Assembly: GCA_002269645.1 (NCBI GenBank) | Contig: NIVC01000245.1 | Coordinates: forward strand, 496,001-560,000 | From: Macrostomum lignano | Lineage: Eukaryota | Direction: 5' to 3' | DNA length: 64,000 nucleotides | Shown here: positions 59,756 to 64,000 of the stretch, one piece after another | How the letters are laid out: each line of letters starts with the position of its first letter | Position numbering within the stretch: position 1 is the first letter of the stretch | Translations under genes and position numbers: made by a program | The notes under the pieces: generated by a model | Seen by the model: the letters and a program-made list of their open reading frames with translations, nothing else | Database searches by the model: none | Told to the model about the DNA's origin: nothing

Positions 59756-60781
59756 TCCTATATACTAAAAATGAGTTGTCTGTATGTATGTATGTGGGTA
59801 GGTATGCGATAGATTTCAGAAAAATTGGCTCAACCGATTTTCTTCAAACTTGCACCATTCGATCAGAAATTTTCCTGGGACGGTACATGCATCTTGGCTA
59901 AGAAATTGCTCAATTCTAAAGGGATTAAATATTCGAAAAACATGCTTTTTTGCAAAGGTCAAGCAAAATTTTCGACTTGAAATGCATTGCAAGAATGCTA
60001 GAGAAAAAACTGACTGACTGAATTTCAATTCTGATAAAGATTGCATCACAACAAGTTGAAAACAGTGTCGAAAAATGCACACACGACTTGATTTAAATTG
60101 CGTAACCAATATTGCTAACTTGAACTGAGACTGATACTGGCTGACTGAGAAATTGATTATGTCATAACTTTTTACTTTAATTGACTTGCTGTAAGAATTG
60201 AATTATAAGGGCCACAATTCATGTTCTCCGATTGAAAAAAGATAGCCCTGATGCGAACAGACTGGAATGCTAATGTAGCGACCTGGGTTCGAATCTTAGT
60301 AGTGCAAAAAAGATTTTTTTTATTAAAACACCTTAAAAACACGAAACTGCTAAACATAAAAGAGCCACCATTTCGAACATTAAACAGCCACCATTTCGAA
60401 CATTAAAGAGCCACCATGTCGAACATTAAAGAGCCACCATGTCGACCATAAAAGAGCCACTATTTCGAACATCAAAGAGCCACTATGTCAAACATAAAAG
60501 AGCCAACATGTCAAACATAAAAGAGCCAACATGTCAAACATAAAGAGCCACCATGTCAAACATTTAGGAGCCACCATGTCAAACATAAATGTGACTTTGT
60601 GTCAAACATTAAAGAGCCACCATGTCGAACATAACAGAGCTACCATGTCAAACATTAAAGAGCCACCATGTCAAACATTCAAAAGCCACATTGTCAAACA
60701 TTAAAGAGCCATTATGTCGTACATTAAAGAGCCACCATTTCGAACATTAAAGAGCCACCATGTCGAACATAAAAGAGCCAC
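59756..60781 (+). mobile_element. Helitron-like unit 5, truncated at its 3' end inside the 23-bp array
   Basis: Starts TCCTATATACTAAAAATGAG directly after the CTAG of unit 4; the array runs about 60355-60781; no 18-bp block and no CTAG end. Confidence 0.85.
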
Positions 60782-60862
60782 TTAAAGTTAAGGGTAAAAA
60801 CCCATGTTACTTGAGTCGGCCTTAAATGGGTAACGCCAAGCAAAGAAATAGGATTCCAGCCA

Positions 60863-60870
60863 TGACGTCA
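60863..60870. promoter_or_regulatory. Palindromic CRE/ATF consensus TGACGTCA, about 430 bp upstream of the FOXRED2 ATG
   Basis: Perfect 8-mer match only; no functional evidence. Confidence 0.25.
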
Positions 60871-61303
60871 CAGCCACATCACAGCCACTCGTAGGCAGTT
60901 AAGATAATCCATCCTAACAGTCCCGTGTGATAGTTCTAAAAATACTCGTTTTACAGCTTCTAAATCTATCATTCAAGAGCTTCAAAATTCGCTGTTACAG
61001 TTTCTAATAAAAGCTTAAACAAACTACATGTTTTCCGCAACTAAAAATTCGCATATCTACGCGCGCAAGTGCAAGCTGAGGCTTCTAATTGGAGCCACTC
61101 AAAGACAGACTGCAGAAGCTGAACAGCTGACAGAGTTTACACGAACCCTCTCCCACTCTATAGCTCAGTGAGCTTGGCAGTCTTATCTGTGCTATTAGCA
61201 GTCAAGATAACGTGCAAGATTTCCATGCATAAATGTATTTAATGCATGGAGATATTGTTGATTCCGAATCACTTGTAGACTTTTCACTAGCGACTGAGCT
61301 ATA

Positions 61304-63946
61304 ATGCAGCTGGTGGAGCAAATTCTGTTAGTAAGCGCCGTGTTCATAGTCTTAGCGGCGTCGCAATCGCTGCGAAAGCATGAGTATTGCGTCATTGGCG
61401 CTGGGCCTGCCGGTCTGCAGCTCGGCTACTTCCTCCGGGCAGCCGAGCACGATTACGCAATCATTGAACGCGGCGACAGGCCCGGAGCATTTTTCGAGAC
61501 CTATCCGCGTCACGACACGCTTATCAGCATCAACAAAAGGCGCACGGACTCGAGAAACACGGAGTATTCACTGCGACACGATTGGAACAGTCTGCTGTCA
61601 AACGATGAGCAGATGCAGATGCGCTATTACTCGATAAAAATGTTCCCAAAACGACAAGACCTGCTGCTTTACCTGAAAGACTTCAAAGAGCGATTCAATT
61701 TGAATGTTCACTTCAAGACGGAAGTCACGGGTTTGCATCGGCTGACAGAGAGCTCAGAGTATCGATTCAGTCTAGAGACGAGCCAAGGTCAATATCACTG
61801 TCAAGTTGTGATTGTAGCTACAGGCTTGTTTAAGATGAAATCCCTCAACATTACCGGACTGGAGCACACCTCATCGTATGATGACATGTCTCTAAATCCA
61901 GCCGACTACGAAAATAAGCGAGTATTAATTATTGGCAAAGGCAACACCGCCTTTGAGACGGCTGCTCACATCTACGGCCGCACCAAGCTCATCCACCTGA
62001 TGTCAAGGAACAGGGTCAGACTCGCCTGGAGCACGCATTACGTTGGCGATGTTCGAGCTGTCAATAACGAACTGCTGGACACTTACCAGCTGAAGTCAAT
62101 TGATGGTCTTCTAGAGTACGACGCCAATGATTTGTTCGTTTTGCGTAGACCCGATGGCAGTCTGGCTGTCGGTCCCAAGGATTTAGAAAATGATTTGGAC
62201 CAAACTCTATTTGAAGAAAATACTCGTGGACTGTTTGAGACAAAACTTTTGTCAAAAATCGGCAACAAAAACTCTTCATTCTCAGTTGAGTTGGAAGGCG
62301 AAGGCATTGTTAACTTTAATTATGACGTAGTTATTCGAGCAAACGGATTCGAATTCGATCGGTCATGGTTGCCAAACGTTACTACGGTGAGAAATGGCAA
62401 ATATCCGAAGATAACGCCAAGCTACGAGTCCACCGACATTCCTGGACTGTACTTCGCTGGCACTTTGACGCACAGCCTTGACTATCGCAAAGCTGCCGGT
62501 GGATTCATCCACGGCTTCCGGTACACCGTGAGAGCATTGCAGCGACACTTGGATGCGAAGCGAAATGACAGGCCTTGGCCTTCGCTGAAGCAGCCGTTGA
62601 CTGGCCTGATTGACACCATGGTACGTCGAATCAACGAAGGCTCCGGCAACTACCAGATGTTCCAGAATCTTGGCGATGTGGTTATTGTCGACAGGTGCGT
62701 CCGGGATTGACATAAATTTGCACACGTTTGCGAGCGTAGTTTCGTTAGAAATCAAAAACTCGTGGAATTTGAATAGACATTAATAAAGGAATAAGCACTC
62801 TTTGGGTCACCAGCATTCTAAAAGAACTTTTGTATTCATTTTGACCTTGCCCCCCGTCGGTAGCTAGAAACCTATAGGGATCCCGTTTGAGACCTTAATA
62901 TGTCAGACCTTAGCACCCAGTCAGAGAGAGACCTTGGCATTACACAGAAACCTTGACACCATAAAAAGACATTTTCGCTTTCCTAGAAGCCATGTCAGAC
63001 TAGAAACCATTGTAGCCAAGGTTCTCAGAACCCTGAGAGCACTGTAGCCAATCATACCAGGAAAATTTAGTAAACCAAAATTCAGACCTTCGACAGTTTT
63101 AAAAGCCTCTACATACGAGCGTAAACGCAACTTCTCTTATAAACACCGAGCAGAGCCGCCTCAAGCTTTACATTACTCGAGGAGTTCCCCCTGCGGCTGT
63201 TACCAAGCCTGCCGTCGGCCAGTGGCCACCCAGTGGGCCGAGACAGCCTGCTATTCGTTTTCGCTTTTGAGTACGGCAAGAACTTCTCCGGCCCAGCGCT
63301 CGACGTGTTTCATGAGGAGCGAGCCAGCTGCTCACCAGAAGATGCGTACGAGTGCAACTTTCTGCACCCGGTGATTTACCAATACAACTCGTTGCCGACC
63401 GATACCAGAAGTAAGTTGTTGCTTGTCGTTCGGTTAATGTGGATGAGGGCCAATCCCCCTCAATGCACCGAGTACGTACGACCTAAATGCCTGAGGATGA
63501 GAAATGAGCTTGTGTACATGCACGTTCGTGGATACTGTACGTGTGCTTGTGTTTGCTCAGGAGTCCAAGACAGGGGGGTCCAAGACTAATTATCTCCGTA
63601 ACACAGTGAGTAATCGACTTCAATTTCAGCCAGTCTACACAAAATGAGCCCGTCACACCTGCCAGAGCCTGACGCGATTATTCACCTGGTTGAAGATCTG
63701 CACACAAATTTCCGCGGCCGTTCGACTCACTTGGAACCGTTGGCGGCGTTTCTAGAAGCGGCACTCAAGCAGCCGATGTACCCGCTGTCTCTAGAGCGGT
63801 GCGCTATGCTGGCAGTGATGCATGGGTCGACAAAGCCAGCAGAGTCCTGGTGCGGTGGTAGCTCTGAATCTCGGCAGGACTCGGCAGCCATGCTCCGAGG
63901 CTGGTCAGCTGCCGATATGATGCAGCACGGCTGGAAGCAGAAATGA
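61304..63946 (+). CDS. FOXRED2: FAD-dependent oxidoreductase domain-containing protein 2 (FOXRED2/ERFAD), 3 exons, about 654 aa
   Basis: Exons 61304-62694, 63154-63410, 63630-63946; phases 2 and 1 are compatible; 1965 nt in total. Signal-peptide-like N-terminus, YCVIGAGPAGLQ, LISINKR, LRHDWNSLLS, IIGKGNTAFE, GFIHGFRY, EYGKNFSG, NFLHPVIY, IIHLVED: all characteristic of FOXRED2. Confidence 0.95.
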
Positions 63947-64000
63947 TCCCAAGCTCTCGCTTCGTGCGTTTAGCTTTCCTCAAGTAGAAGTGCTAAAACT

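Noticed and set aside
63561-63605. Possible 45-nt mini-exon in FOXRED2 intron 2 (cag|GAG...ACA|gtgagt)
   Set aside because: It contains an in-frame TAA in the required phase and would leave a 24-nt downstream intron.

Overview
Eukaryotic (animal) genomic DNA with spliceosomal GT-AG introns. An invertebrate such as a free-living flatworm is a guess from style only. The left half (0.9-30.5 kb) is a rearranged cluster of ionotropic-glutamate-receptor-like (iGluR/IR) paralogs. Copy A (minus strand) is intact: 12 exons, about 832 aa. Copy B (minus strand) has all 12 exons intact, but exon 7 sits inverted on the plus strand between exons 6 and 8. Copy C (plus strand) has exons 1-6 only; its amino-terminal domain (ATD) is fused in frame to what looks like the ancestral stop codon and 3' UTR, and it carries two frameshifting lesions. 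There are also 3' remnants C' (plus strand, exons 11-12) and D (minus strand, exon 12) and a decayed exon-3 relic. Among these lie a foldback-like element with a 52-bp array, a MITE, a deleted mariner and microsatellites. The right half (30.5-60.8 kb) is five non-autonomous Helitron-like units (5' TC ... hairpin-CTAG 3'), mostly head to tail. Each carries a tRNA-like relic followed by a minisatellite block (23-bp in four units, a different 24-bp in one), and units 1-4 also carry an 18-bp block. Units 1-3 are inserted at an A|T site in intron 11 of D, and the empty site survives in B. The window ends with a 3-exon FOXRED2 gene. The most notable signals are the intact inverted exon 7, and two independent lesions (B and C) that both cut the receptor right after the ATD while the ATD exons appear homogenised by gene conversion. 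All exon models were derived by hand, with no expression data.
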